Of a stretch of 64,000 nt of DNA, positions 11,794 to 25,187 are shown piece by piece; within the stretch, counting starts at the first letter, position 1, and every line of letters starts with the position of its first letter. The stretch is taken from NCBI RefSeq assembly GCF_009914755.1, contig NC_060928.1; one strand, written 5' to 3'. A program made the position numbers and the translations under genes. Source of the stretch: the human T2T-CHM13v2.0 reference genome, Homo sapiens. The notes under the pieces were generated by a model. That model saw only the letters and a program-made list of their open reading frames with translations. It did not search any database and had not been told where the DNA came from.

Positions 11794-12685
11794 TATACGA
11801 ACTTAAATATTTATTCTTTATATCTTAAATTGAATGTTCAGCTACATAGTGACAATTATTCCATAAAAATAAATATTGATTCATAATATATTTTTTTATT
11901 TAGGATACCCCTAAAGTGAGTTAGGCTTTGCATTGAGGAATCAATAGGGTGATATGAAAACGCTAAGACTAATATCTTGTGCTTAAAATTCTTAATGTGA
12001 TTTTTGTTAAGTATTTACTCTTTAGTGATTTCTCCATTTGATAACTTTGCAAAATTTTTCACTTTAAAAAATGGGCAATCTAGAAATATTTTATTTCCTC
12101 TCAAATGGATTATGCAGATATTTACCAATACTAGGCAAGCATAGAAGTAAAAACCATTATGATGAAGAATAAGTACACAAAATAGTTTGTTTATTATGAG
12201 TCATTAATTTTGACTTTGTATAACATAAGAAGATCAGAAAAAAATTGCAGTGAGCTTTGTTAAACACTAACTTTGATCTTAAAATTTTTAACTCCATGCT
12301 CTCTCGAATAATAAGAAATGTGTAAATATATATCTTATGTTCTGGCTTAACTAAATTCCTTATTTTCTTCTCATCAATAAGTACTGTCTTTTACCTTTTT
12401 AAAGTGAATGAAATTACAGAATAAAAATTTAAATAAAATATTCAGTAAGTTAGTGTGTATTTCTTACTAGAAAACTCTAAATAGCATGAAGGACTTATTT
12501 TAATTTTTACTTATTTTCTCATTGAACACAAACTACAGATATAACCGTAAATTTTTACTTTGGATTCTTAAACCTTCAGGACTTGCTATGATCCTTTGTC
12601 TTTAGTATTTAAGCTTTCTTTGTGGGCATGAGCTGAGAGAAATGTAAAAAAATAATAATAAACTTTGTCCATATAGAAAAGGGAA

Positions 12686-12686
<1 letters not shown>

Positions 12687-12717
<31 letters not shown>
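12687..12717. repeat. (CA)n microsatellite
   Basis: ~15 CA units. Confidence 0.95.
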
Positions 12718-12719
<2 letters not shown>

Positions 12720-13819
12720 GCACACACTAAATCTCTAAGCTCTTGAGAAAATAACAATTTCCCCTGGATTTCATGAAAGAAACAGATGGACAGACCCTTA
12801 GGCTCAGGGTGGAAGTGATGGTAGGAAGCTGGGTGTGTGTATTAGGTGAGCTGAGCTTGATAAATCCTCTAGCTCTGCCTCCCAGGCTTTGAAACACTAT
12901 TGAAATATCTGCAGCATTTTTCTATTTCTATTTTTAACAAGAAATAGAAATTCCAATTTGAAAAATAGGTCAAACCAATTTGGGTAAATAAAAAAATGTT
13001 AGACTTCTCTACCCATACTAAGCTACTGAAAGTAACCCCATGAATCAGAAAAAAAAAATCCTTTAAATTCTATAAGCAAATTAAAACTATGTAACTTATT
13101 CTGTTAACATATCATACAAGAATTGAAAGGAATAAGTAAACATTATTAGTTATGTGGTTATTTTTTACTATATGCCAAAATATTATTTTTATAGTAATAA
13201 AAATTTATATTATAATACACTGACAAATTGATCAATGCAACATAGAAGAGAGTCAAAAAACTGATATAAATTATAAATGATATAGTACTTGAAAAAATAA
13301 TATATATTTAATATCATAAAGAAATTAAAAATCATTGACATATGCTTACTTTATATTTGAATGAAAGACATATTTTTAACCTTTAAAAGAGTTATTATTT
13401 GATGGTAAGTTCTTTACTGATATAACTACTATTGGTTCTACTATTACTCTGACTATATTTTCCATAAATATTACAAATTAGGTCTAGTGAACTAATAGAT
13501 ACATGACATGTGGAAAAGATCTGTGCTTCAATGAAAACTATGCATTATTTATGGCACATTTCACATTACATTATTTTGATTCTATAAGCTTCTTTGCAAC
13601 TCTGTTAAGTGGTAGATAATTAATAGAAATGCAAAATAATTCTTGTCTATAGACATGAAACTGAATTGTTCCATGGAGAGATAATCTTCTCACTCTTAAT
13701 ACTCAAGGATGAGTTTTGGATCTGTTTACAAATTCTTGCCAGTGTTCCTGATACATAATTGTGAGGAAACAGTGAAGTGCAATAACTGATTCAAAGGAGA
13801 ACCCCAAACCTACACACAC

Positions 13820-14593
<774 letters not shown>

Positions 14594-14757
14594 AGGTAGT
14601 GGATATTTAGTCAGTTCCACATTTTGTGTTATACTGGGACAGGCTCAAATCCATGACAAAGAGAATCTCTAAAGAGTAACTTTAAAGGTTATGTAAATTT
14701 CTGAAGTTGGGCCATCTTATTATTTTCTGTTAACATATCAACATATTTTTAAAATGG

Positions 14758-15008
14758 TTAAAAAATGGTACATTTGTATAGGACACTTAACCACAAATGC
14801 AGCTTGCAGGACGGGAAGTTACACCGGTTGAGTCAATGAATGAGTGGTGAGTGAATGTGAAGGCCTAGAACATTATTGTATATAGCTGTAGACTTTATAA
14901 ACACTGTGTACTTAGGCTCCACTACATGTATTTAAAATACTTTTTCTTTCTTCAACAATTAATTAGCTTACTGTAACGTTTTAATGTCATTTTTATACCT
15001 CTTGTAAT
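14758..15008 (+). mobile_element. Tigger3 (TcMar-Tigger) fragment
   Basis: GAGTGGTGAGTGAATGTGAAGGCCTAG..CATT...CTGTAGACTTTATAAACACTGT..ACTTAGGCT. Confidence 0.75.
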
Positions 15009-15699
15009 CTATCATCTCTCACCTTCACACACACATAAAAATCCTTCACTTCTCTAACCCTTATTATGTCTGTTACTGACGAAGAGTCAGGAAGAGCCTT
15101 GATCATCAATTAAAAATGACTTGAAAATGTTAGTAGTTGAAAAAATGGCACCTCCTTCTTTAAAAGGCCAGAAGATGATCCTTTAATTTCAGGTATCTTA
15201 TTCACTATTTGAGAAGAGGCAAATGTTTGCTTTGCTTACTAAGTAAATTTACCCATCCCTTCCAATCTGTGGCATAAACTTAGTGACTACTTCCAATGCA
15301 GATAAAAAGAAAAAAAAATGAGAAAGGAGGAAAACCAAAAAAAGTAGTTTTCGAAATAGTTGAACATGTTTTCATAGAAATAATAAAAACACATTGAATA
15401 TCCAGCTCTCTAATATGAGTTGATTCTAGTTCTCTTCTCCTCAGCCTCGTGAGGCAGTCAACTTTGCTACTGGCAGCCAGGAGTCTCCTAGGAGCTTCAA
15501 TAGCTCAATACATCCAGAAAAACAGAGAAAGGGAGAAAGAGTGGCAGGGAGGAGAGGTTAGAGAGAGAGAGGGAAGTTTCTGAATCAAAGAGCAGAGGTG
15601 AGATATATTTCTGTCTTCTTTAAGATTGTATTTACTTGTCATTTTTCTGGTGCCCCTTAACTCTGTATTCAGAACCCCTTGTCCCCAGAGCCAACCATC

Positions 15700-16146
15700 A
15701 AACCCCCAAATAATATGCTAACTTTTCCTCTACCTTGTTTGTGTAAAAACTGGCTTTAAAGAAATTATCTGGCCTACCTTGTTTGATTGTTTGTCATAAG
15801 ACTCCCATTCCAGAGAGGGTACTGTCCATACCCAGAAGGAAGGAATTCATGCTCAAGAGAGGCCAAGAGACTCTAGACACACAGGTTGTGCTGGGTTTAC
15901 CCACTCAGTCTATTAGCATTAGATCATGTTTTTTGCCCAATAGTTTTTCTACATGGCTGTGCATACCTAAGCATAAAAATGGGCAATATTCCCTCTACCT
16001 TTGAGTCTGTATTCTGAAGCCTCCTGTGTTATATAAAACTATGATCAAATACATTTTTATGTATTTTTTCCTATTAATTTCCTCTTGTCAGTGATTTTTA
16101 GTGAACCTTGAAGGTGAGAAGGGAAAATTTTTCTTTGGTCCATACA
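15700..16146 (+). mobile_element. MER39-like ERV1 LTR, 3' part
   Basis: GAAATTATCTG.CCTACCTTGTTTG...CCATTCCAGAGAGGG...CCCAGAAGGAAGGAA...CCACTCAGTCTATTAGCATTAGATCAT; ends CCATACA. Confidence 0.7.
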
Positions 16147-16442
16147 AAAGTAATTTTATCTTTTTTCTTATACATTAAAGACACATTCATAGAAATCATT
16201 TCAGTATTAGAGCTATATCATTCTAAAATAGATGATATTAAGACATGTTTTTAGAAACATATTTAAATAGAATTTAATATACTTTAAAAGCATACATAGA
16301 TGTCATCACATAACCGTTTTTTTCTGCCTTGTTAATTAGTGAAAAAGGAGAAAAATAATTAATTATAAATGTAAAAATTTGATTTTAAAATTTAAGACAA
16401 AGTTCAATTTATGAATAACCATTTTTTGTATTTGTTTTAATC

Positions 16443-16496
16443 ATATGTGTGTGTGTGTGTGTATATATATGTGTGTATATATATATATATATATAC
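16443..16496. repeat. (TG)n/(TA)n compound microsatellite
   Basis: Direct reading. Confidence 0.9.
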
Positions 16497-16759
16497 AGTC
16501 ATATATCGCCTACTGATGAGAATTTTCTTTTGACATGAAGCTGAAGCTATAGAACTGAAGTTGCAAGTTCTCTCTGTGTTTCATGTGTCTGTAATTGAGA
16601 AAATTTTACTTTTTATTAAGAGTGTGAAATATTTTCCTATTTCTGCAGAATATTAAAAATTCATTAAGCTATCCTACAAAATAAAAAATATGTTTTGATT
16701 GGTTTGCATAAGTTAAAAAACACAATACTTAAGAATGTGCAATACTTAATATTGCATAT

Positions 16760-18480
16760 TTTATTTTGTACCTTTAATTCATACTTTTTATGGCTGAAGA
16801 GTATTCCATTGTGTGGGTATAACACAATGTATTCATTCACTAACCTCTTGATGGACATTTGCATGGTATACAGGATTTGGCCATTACAAATGAAACTGCT
16901 GTATGAATATTCATGTAAAAGTTTTTCTACTAAATAATGCTTTCCTTTCTTGTAGGTAAATAGCTAAGAGTAGAATGTCTGGGTTGTATGGTTGGTGTAT
17001 GTTTAACTTTTAAAGAAATTGCAATTTCCTAAAATAGTTGTACTAGTTTACAATTTCACCATCACTGTATGACAGTTTCAGTTATTTCATATCTTCACCA
17101 AAACTATGTTCTTTCTTTTGACTTTTAGACATACTTATGGGTGTGTAACATTATGTAATTGAAAGGTTTATTGTAATTTCTCTGAAGACAAATGATTTCA
17201 AGTATGCTTTCAAGGGCCTGTATGCCAACTATACTTCATTGATGGGGTGGTCTAACTTTTTTTTTTTTTTTTTTTTTTAAACAGAGTTTTGAAAGTTGTT
17301 TGTAGATAATAAAGCCTTTTTAAAGGTTTTGTAATTTGCAGTTATTTTCTCCAAGTGTATTGTTTCTCTGTTCATTCTCTTACAAGTGATTTCTGAAAAA
17401 CAAGAGTTCTTAATTTTGACAAAGTGAAATTTGTTAACATACACTGTATGAATTATTTATGTAGTATTATATCTAAGAAAATTTTGTCTAACACAAGGTC
17501 ACAATAATTTCATTCTTTTTTTCTAGATGCTTAATTATTTTGATTTTTAAATTTAGTTCTATAATTCATTTTGGGTTAATTTTTAATATTATGTGTTATT
17601 GGTCAAAGTTCACTATTTTTAATATGAGCATTAAATTGGTCCAGCGTCATTTGTTAAAAAGATTTATTTTGTCCAGTGAATTATTTTTGAATCTTTGCCA
17701 ACAATCAATTAACCTTATATGTATGGGTCTACTTCTGAACTATCAAGGCTGTTCCACTGACTGATTGATTTTTTACTTTATTGTTGCCAATACCAAACTG
17801 TCTTGTTTACTGAAATTTTATTATAATTCTTGAGGTCAGGTAACGGGACTCATTTCACTCCGTTTTTTGTTTTCAAAATTGTTCTTTGGAACAAATATTT
17901 GGCAAAAAAATATTCTAGGTGACTTCCTTTTCCATATAAATTTTAGAACAAACTTGTGAATTTCTATAAAAATGCATGCTGGGACTTTGATTGGTAGGTA
18001 TTGCATTGATAGATCAACTTGTGGTGATATTGTTCCACTTATTTAAGCCTTCGTTAATTTTTTAAAACAGTGTATCATAATTTTCAAAGTATGGGTCTTG
18101 TACATGTTTTGTCATATTTATACCAAAATTTTTGTATATTATAATGCTTTAAAATGGTACCTTTTAAAAAATTTCAATTGTACATTGACATAAAATAAAA
18201 TTTACTGTGTATACTGATCTTGTATCCTACTACCTTAAAAACCTTCTTATTATTTCTAGTATCTTTTTGTAGATTCCAAAAAAAGTTATGTAGATGACTT
18301 GCATGACTAAAGATGCTTTTATTTCTCCTTGTTTAAACTAAATTATTTTGTTTTTTTTCTTATCTTATTCTACTGAATAAAACCTCAAGTGCAATGTTGA
18401 ATAGAAATAGTAAGAAAAAAAAACTTTGCCTTTTCCTAGTGTGAGGTTGAAAGCATCGGTCTTTAACCTTTAAATGTGCA
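16760..18480 (-). mobile_element. Old L1M (MC/MD/ME-type) ORF2 and 3' fragments
   Basis: T-rich antisense L1 motifs, e.g. TTTTTATGGCTGAAGAGTATTCCATTGTGTGG, TTCCATATAAATTTTAGAA, AATGTTGAATAGAAATAGT. Confidence 0.7.
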
Positions 18481-18526
18481 AAAGATGTTAGTCTCTGATA
18501 TGCTAATGAATATGGGTATTATTATT

Positions 18527-18882
18527 TAATATTTTAACTTTTATTTTAGGTTCAGGGGTATACATGCAGGTTTGTTTTATAGATAAACTCATGACTTGGG
18601 TGTTTGGTGTACAGTTTGCTTAATCTCCCAGGTACTAAGCATAGTACCCAGTAGTTTTGTTTTTGTTTTTTTCCTGAAGCTCTCCCTCCTCCCACTCTCC
18701 ACCCTCAAGTAGGCCCCAGTTTCTGTTGCTCTCCACTTTCTGTCTATGTGTTCTCATTATTTAGGTCCCACTTATAAGTGAGAACATTCAGTATTTGCTT
18801 TTCTGTTCCTGAATTAGTTTGCTAAGGATAATGGCCTCCAGTTCCACCCATGTTCCTGCAAAGGATATGATCTCGTTCTTTT
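18527..18882 (-). mobile_element. L1PA15-like 3' end, 5'-truncated
   Basis: TTTTATTTTAGGTTCAGGGGTATACATGCAGG...CCAGGTACTAAGCATAGTACCC...CCCACTTATAAGTGAGAACAT. Confidence 0.8.
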
Positions 18883-19389
18883 GAACATAGATATCAAATT
18901 GGTTGAGCGTCACCTGTTGAAAAGACATCTCTCCACTGAATTTCTTTGAACCTTAATCATGGAAATTATGGAAAAATATTTTTAATATTATAATTGGTCT
19001 GATTTTTTAAGCCAATATTTAAAAGTCAAATGTCATGAAAAAATTCAGATCACTGCTGTTAAAAACAAGTGTTAAAATAGCAAGCCCACCTAAATACAAA
19101 AGGTTCCAGGTGGGGCATGCATCCTTCTGATTGCCTAGTTATTATCACTCTTTATTGTCTCTTGATAATAATGGCAAGAACCAGTTTTTATTTCACATCA
19201 TGCCTTATTTTCTTAGAGTAGAATAACATTTTTAGAGACATATTTTTAACATAGAGTTCTTTCCAAAATAGAAACTTGAGACTAACAGACTGTAAAGATT
19301 TGACATTTCAGTAGAACTGGGAGAGGTAATTTTTTGTTGTTGAAAGAAACAATAGTTCTACAAATTCAATATGCAAATAATTCTGTGTA

Positions 19390-20515
19390 ATTTCTTTTTA
19401 CTGTAGTAGGAATACTTAACATGAGAGCTGCCCTCTATAATTTTTAAGTACACAATACAGTATTGTTAACCCTAGGCATAACTGAAAGTATACCCATTGA
19501 ACCACTCTCCATTTCCCCTCCTGCCCCACCTGCTCCTGGTAACTACTATCCTACTCTCTATTTCTGTGAATTAGACTATTTTGTATATCTCATATAACTG
19601 AGATCATGTGGTGTTTATCTTTCTCTAACTAGCTTATTTCACTTAGCGTGATGTCCTGCAGGTTCACCCATTTTCTCATGTATGACAGGATTTCCTTCTT
19701 TCTAAAGGATAAATAATATTCCCTTGTTTGTATATACCACATTTTATATACTCAGTAATCCATCAATTGACATTTAGGTTTTTCCACATCTTGGCTATTG
19801 TGCATAATGCCGAAATGAACATGGGAGTGTATATATCTTTTCAAGATCCTCATTTTAATTCTTTTATACATACTGAGTATATACTCACATGTGAGATTGC
19901 TGGATCATATGATAGTTCTATTTTCAATTTTTTGAGGACTCTCCATATTGTTTTTCACAGTGGCTACACCATTTTACATTCCCACCTACACTATACAAGA
20001 GTTCCAAATTCTTACATCTTTGCCAATACCTTCCTTTTTTTTTCTTTTTGATAATAGCCATCCTAAAAAGTGTAAGATAATATCTCATTGTGGGTTTTAT
20101 TTGCATTTCTCTGATCATTACTGATGCTGAGCATATTTTTATATACCTATTGGCTATTTGTATATCTTCATTTGAAAAATGCCTATTCACATCATTTATC
20201 CATTTTTTAAAAAGATTTTTTTTTTGTTTTTTTTGTTTGTTTGTTTTTGCTATTGAGTTGTATAAATTCCCAATATATTTTAGATATTTACACCTTATCA
20301 GATATATGGTTTGGAACTATTTACCCCTTATCAGATATATGGTTTGGAACTATTATATTTTCTCCCATTCTGTAGGTTGCCTCTTCACTATGTTTATTAT
20401 TTTCTTGACTATGCAGAAGCTTTTTGGTTCAAAAAACTCCCACTTGTTTGTTTTTGCTTTTGTTGCTTGTGCTTTGGTGTCAAAATAGAAAAAAAATTCA
20501 TTGCCAAAACCAATT
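19390..20515 (-). mobile_element. L1MA9-like 3' end
   Basis: ORF 19924-20190 (-) MNRHFSNEDIQIANRYIKICSASVMIREMQIKPTMRYYLT matches L1 ORF2p; MA9-type 3'UTR. Confidence 0.8.
20285..20354. repeat. 33-bp tandem duplication inside L1
   Basis: TATTTAC(A/C)CCTTATCAGATATATGGTTTGGAAC x2. Confidence 0.9.
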
Positions 20516-20519
20516 TATC

Positions 20520-22060
20520 TTCTTTTCCTGATACTTCCATAATGCATGAATTGGCTTCTTTGTGGTTTCCCATAAATCTTTTAAGCTTTTGTTACTCTTT
20601 GTTACTTTATTTTATTTTATTTTTATTCCTCTGATGGATAATTTCAAATGACCTTTCTTAGACTTCACTAATTCTTTCTTCTCTTTGATTAAGTCTGTTG
20701 TTGAACCCCTCTGGTTAATATTTTAGTTTGTTTGTTGTATTTTTAGCTCCCAAATTGGTTTGTTCCTCTTTTACAGTTTTTTTGTCTCCTTATCAATATT
20801 TTCATTTTGTTTAAGTGTTTTCTTATTTCATTTAGTTGCTTATCTGTGTTATCTTGTTACTCACTGAGATTCACTAAGATGATTGTTTTGAATTCTTTGT
20901 CAATTAATTCATGAGTATCCATTTCTTTAGATTGGTTATTGGAGATTTATTTTGTTCCTTTGATTGTATTATATTTTCTTATTTTTCATGTTCCTTGTAT
21001 CTTTGTGTCAATTTCTGTGCATTTGAAATAGAAAGCCACTTCTCACAGTCTTTACTGACAGGGAAAGATGTTTATCGTTCAGCTTTGCTAGGGATTCTGG
21101 GAATCTCTAGAACCCTTTTTATAGATAGGTCTTGTCTGGATTTGTGCACGTGGATTTATAATGAGAGATTTTCTAGTTGTTTTTGGTTCTCCTCCTCCTC
21201 CTCCTCCTTTTCCTCCTTCTCTTCCTTCTTTTCTTCCTCCTTTTCTTCTAAAACCTCTAATCTCTTATTCCCTCTAATGTCTGACCAAAGTACTGCTGTC
21301 TGAGACATTGGAGGCATACTGTGCTCCTCTTCTTCCCTCCCTGTGGAGAAGCCTTAAGTTACATGCCTTCATCCAGTCTTGCAGAGTTGTGTCTAATGCA
21401 GCAAGATGCCTGCCTGTTTTCTTTGTTCCTAGCTGTCTCCAGGCATCCAAACTATGCCTGTTCCATCAGTACTAAGGGTGAGGTGAGAGAGAAACTAGTT
21501 CCTTGGATAACACACCAAATGGCCAGAATGTTGAAGGCATATTTCACTCCTCTTCTTTCTTCCTTGTCGAGAAGCCTCAGGTTCTGCACCTTCTCCGCTT
21601 TCTTGCACAGCCATGTTGGATGCAGTAAGCCACCCACTCCTTTCCTCTCTCCTTAGCTGTTATTGGGACATCCAAACTATGCCAATTCCATCAGCACTCC
21701 AGATGAGGCAAGACAGAAGCCAGTCCCTCCCTCGGGCAGACTATGAAAAGCCTGGATACATTAGATGCATACTTCCCTCTCTCTTTTTCCTTCAGGGAGA
21801 TGTTACAAGACAAGATGATTTCACTGGAAGCTGAGTTTTGCCAGCTTTGGGGAAATGCTGATGCAGGTAAAGCGAAATTTCTCTTCTTACCAATTTCAAT
21901 GTAGCTGTTATTAATTTTGTGGTTGTCCAGGCTACTGCAACTTCTTAACAAAATTCTGGACTTCTTAAAAGGGTATTTTGGTTTGTATATTATTTTTAAA
22001 TCAGTTTTTCTGTGAGGGGTAAAGCCTGAGACTTCTTATTCTGCTGTCTTTCTTATGTTC
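20520..22060 (-). mobile_element. L1M3/M4-type 5'UTR and ORF1 start
   Basis: Antisense ORF1-like T-rich tract (CTCTGATGGATAATTTCAAATGACCT...) followed by a GC-richer 5'UTR ending GACTTCTTATTCTGCTGTCTT. Confidence 0.55.
21189..21248. repeat. (TCC)n/(TTC)n pyrimidine tract
   Basis: Direct reading. Confidence 0.9.
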
Positions 22061-24268
22061 TTCACAAAATAATCTTAATCAACATATTTTATTTACTATG
22101 CTTTCCTTCTTATTTAGTTTAAAACTTCTTTTTGTCCTTTATATTTTTTATTTCTTGTTTTCATATGTAAATGATCTACTTAAAGCCTATTAATGCGTTA
22201 GAGCTAATGAATGTTGTATGCAAATAAAATATATTATTATATGCATCTGCTTTTTATTTTTTTTATTCTTAGGATGTCTGACATTTTCAAGTAAATTTTT
22301 TTCCCTAAAATCGCATGTAAAATCAAGGCATAGAAATACAATAGTAGTATGCAAATTATTTATAAATATAATAAGAAATGGGTAACAAAAAGAAAAGAAT
22401 AAGTATAAGCAATAAATTAAGTAAACTGTAATGACTACAAGATAGAAAAATTTCTTCTAATTATAATTCTCTAATTATAATGTTTTGCTAAAGATAATGC
22501 TATTAGAATTATAAAAGCTGAAATCAGTAGCACATAATGTTAATAAATTATTTTGTTTAAACCCCAGAACATCATTTATTTAAGGCTGATACTCATGGAT
22601 AGAAGAGTCAAAGTGCGAATATATGCACCCTTCTATACGGATTCTGCAGAAAGATATGCTTGGGTCATGACTCAGGTGAATTTCCTATGAAACTTTGTCT
22701 TTGGTAAAGCATCCCATTCTTGGCTGTTCCATATATACATATATGGTAAGTTTGGGAGTGGCCTTGCTAGTAAAGAATAAATTATTTACTTGGTTCTAGC
22801 TATTTACAAAGTTGCTGGTGACTAATTGCTGGAAAGAAGCTGGGACGTTCTGTGGCCCCTCCATTTTATATCCCCTCCCTTTGGTTCTCTAGGAAATTGA
22901 GTTCAGGAAAGCTACCAGGAATAAAACTCTTACTTTTTATGCATGTGTATTTTTTTTCCAGACAATTTGGAGAGAATTCCCTGAAACATTCACTGTACAA
23001 CTCTACTTTCTTGAATACTTACTATAATTAAAGTTCATTTCTGATTTACATAAAGACCAATGAGCATGCTAGAGAATTTCTGCTTCAGGTAGTTATTCAA
23101 GAAAACAGTACTATGGAAGCTTTACCATCTTCACTTTGTGGATTTCATATCTATTTCTACCTGGAAAAGAAGAGAAAGATAGAGTACAAAATTGCAAAAG
23201 GGGTTTTTATAGGCAATGACTTCAAGTGTAGCATATTACTTCTACCTACATTCCATTGTCTGGATGTGGAATTCACTCATATGTGTACATTTAACAGCAA
23301 GAAAGATAGAGCTAGTTCCCTTAAGAAAAGAGAGAGGTATTCACTCAATAGCTCGATAATTTCTGCCACAATGAAAGTAAGATATGCATTACAAAATTGT
23401 TCTATTCTCTTTTCAAATAACTCATTTTAAATTGGTTGCTGAGACATTTCCTTGGAGCATAGTAACAGTTTCTTACTCACTCAACATAATTTCCATAATG
23501 CAAATGAAAAAAAAACTGGTAAATATAGGTTATAGTGTTACTTGTTAAAAGTGTTTTCCACATACAAAATTTTATTTGCATATGGTGTCCTTTGAAAAAG
23601 AAGCACTTAAGATTTTTTAATCTCTTAAAGTTAGGCATTTAAATCTAGTTAAATTCAAATTGTGATATATTTTGTATAACATCTTCAAAATTTATATCAG
23701 TATAAAACAAGTTCAGTTAAAAATCTACTGCATACACACCACCTTAGGTCTACTGTATACAAGAAATGACACAAAAAATTCTTCTAGAGTTTGAAACTGT
23801 CTGAAAGATTTTTGTTTTCAATCACACGCAGAGGGTTTAAATAATGAAAAAACCATGCTGTAATTTTTTATAATGTTTCTGAAACAATAACAGCAAAAAC
23901 ACAATTTAAGAAGAAAAAAGATGAGAAAAAATTATTAACAATTAACAATAACAAATAAGAAATTAAGAAATACATTCATTTAAAAATTAGTTATTTGGAG
24001 TGCTTAACACAAACTATAGTTCATGAACTTTTACCTACCTAGACATGGTTTATAATATTCTTTAATTATCAAAATATGTTTCAAAAATGTATTACTTATA
24101 CAAATATGAGCTATCATTTGATGAGTAAGACAGACACTTGTAGCTAAAAAAATTCATGTAAAGAGCATATGCATTTCCATATATTAAACAGTGAAAGGCG
24201 TAACAGAGGAACTTTGCCACTTTACATGAAACATTTTGTTTCTAAACTTTTGAAAAGATTGAATTGGC

Positions 24269-24318
24269 AGATACAATTCAAGTTGAGATTTGGTTGGGGA
24301 CACGGCCAAACCATATCA
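24269..24318 (-). mobile_element. THE1A-like LTR 5'-terminal stub (~50 bp)
   Basis: Reverse complement TGATATGGTTTGGCCGTGTCCCCAACCAAATCTCAACTTGAATTGTATCT. Confidence 0.8.
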
Positions 24319-24417
24319 ATAACTTTATGTAAATTATTTATATTGATCATTCTTTTGTATCCAAATATATAAACACATAAGTAATATATGTTCTGTCCAG
24401 GTTTTGTGTGTGTGTGT

Positions 24418-24791
24418 GATATTCACTGTAAAAACCTGGTAGAGATTGAGAGGCAAAAATCCCAAGAGTGTGAGGAACCACCTATGACTGTCTCCCTGGA
24501 GTTTTTAAGTCTCAGAGTTGTCCACACTGAACCTACAACAATTCATAAATCATAGTTCATGTTTTTCCACATAGGCACGGGGTTCTTTGGACATTGCTGC
24601 TCTGGTATGTTGTGATTATCTGTATTCACCTCTTGCTGTCTCCAATTTAGAGGACAGCTGTTTGACCTGTCACCTCACTGCTCTTATGGTCTAAGAAAAC
24701 TCATTAATTTATCAATGTCTTCAGTTTTTTACTTTTTGGACAGAATGATGACTTCCATGCTTCTTACATGCTGGACTGAAAACTGAAAGCC
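24418..24791 (-). mobile_element. L1MD-type 5'UTR fragment
   Basis: Reverse complement CAGTCCAGCATGTAAGAAGCATGGAAGTC...GTGAGGTGACAGG...CAGTGTGGACAACTCTGAGAC resembles the L1MDa 5' end. Confidence 0.65.
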
Positions 24792-25146
24792 ATATGTATG
24801 TTTTCAGAGGATAACTCTTTGTGAAATTATTTAACAAGTACGACCTACTGTCTGTGTAAATATCGCATGTATTTACTTTATACAGTCTTCCTTACTCACA
24901 GTGAAAATCTAAAATATTTATGGTGCTCTATATCAATTCATCACTTCTGTCAGTAAGAGAGAAAGTGAGAAAGAGAGAGAAATGAAGACACATAGGCACG
25001 CACACACACACACGCACTCACACTCACAGAAATAGTTAGAAAGGTTGAGAAATGGTAAATGTATCTAAAACCCAGTACATTTGACCAGTTTCTAGGAAAT
25101 AAAGATAAAAAATTAAACTTACAAACAATTTCTATATATACATATA

Positions 25147-25187
<41 letters not shown>

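Noticed and set aside
20911-21303. 130-aa ORF with poly-Ser
   Set aside because: The Ser run comes from a (TCC/TTC)n tract in antisense L1 sequence
22660-22751. AP-1 motif TGACTCA and a nearby GTAAGT donor
   Set aside because: Single short motifs are expected by chance in 64 kb; no supporting cluster or clear acceptor
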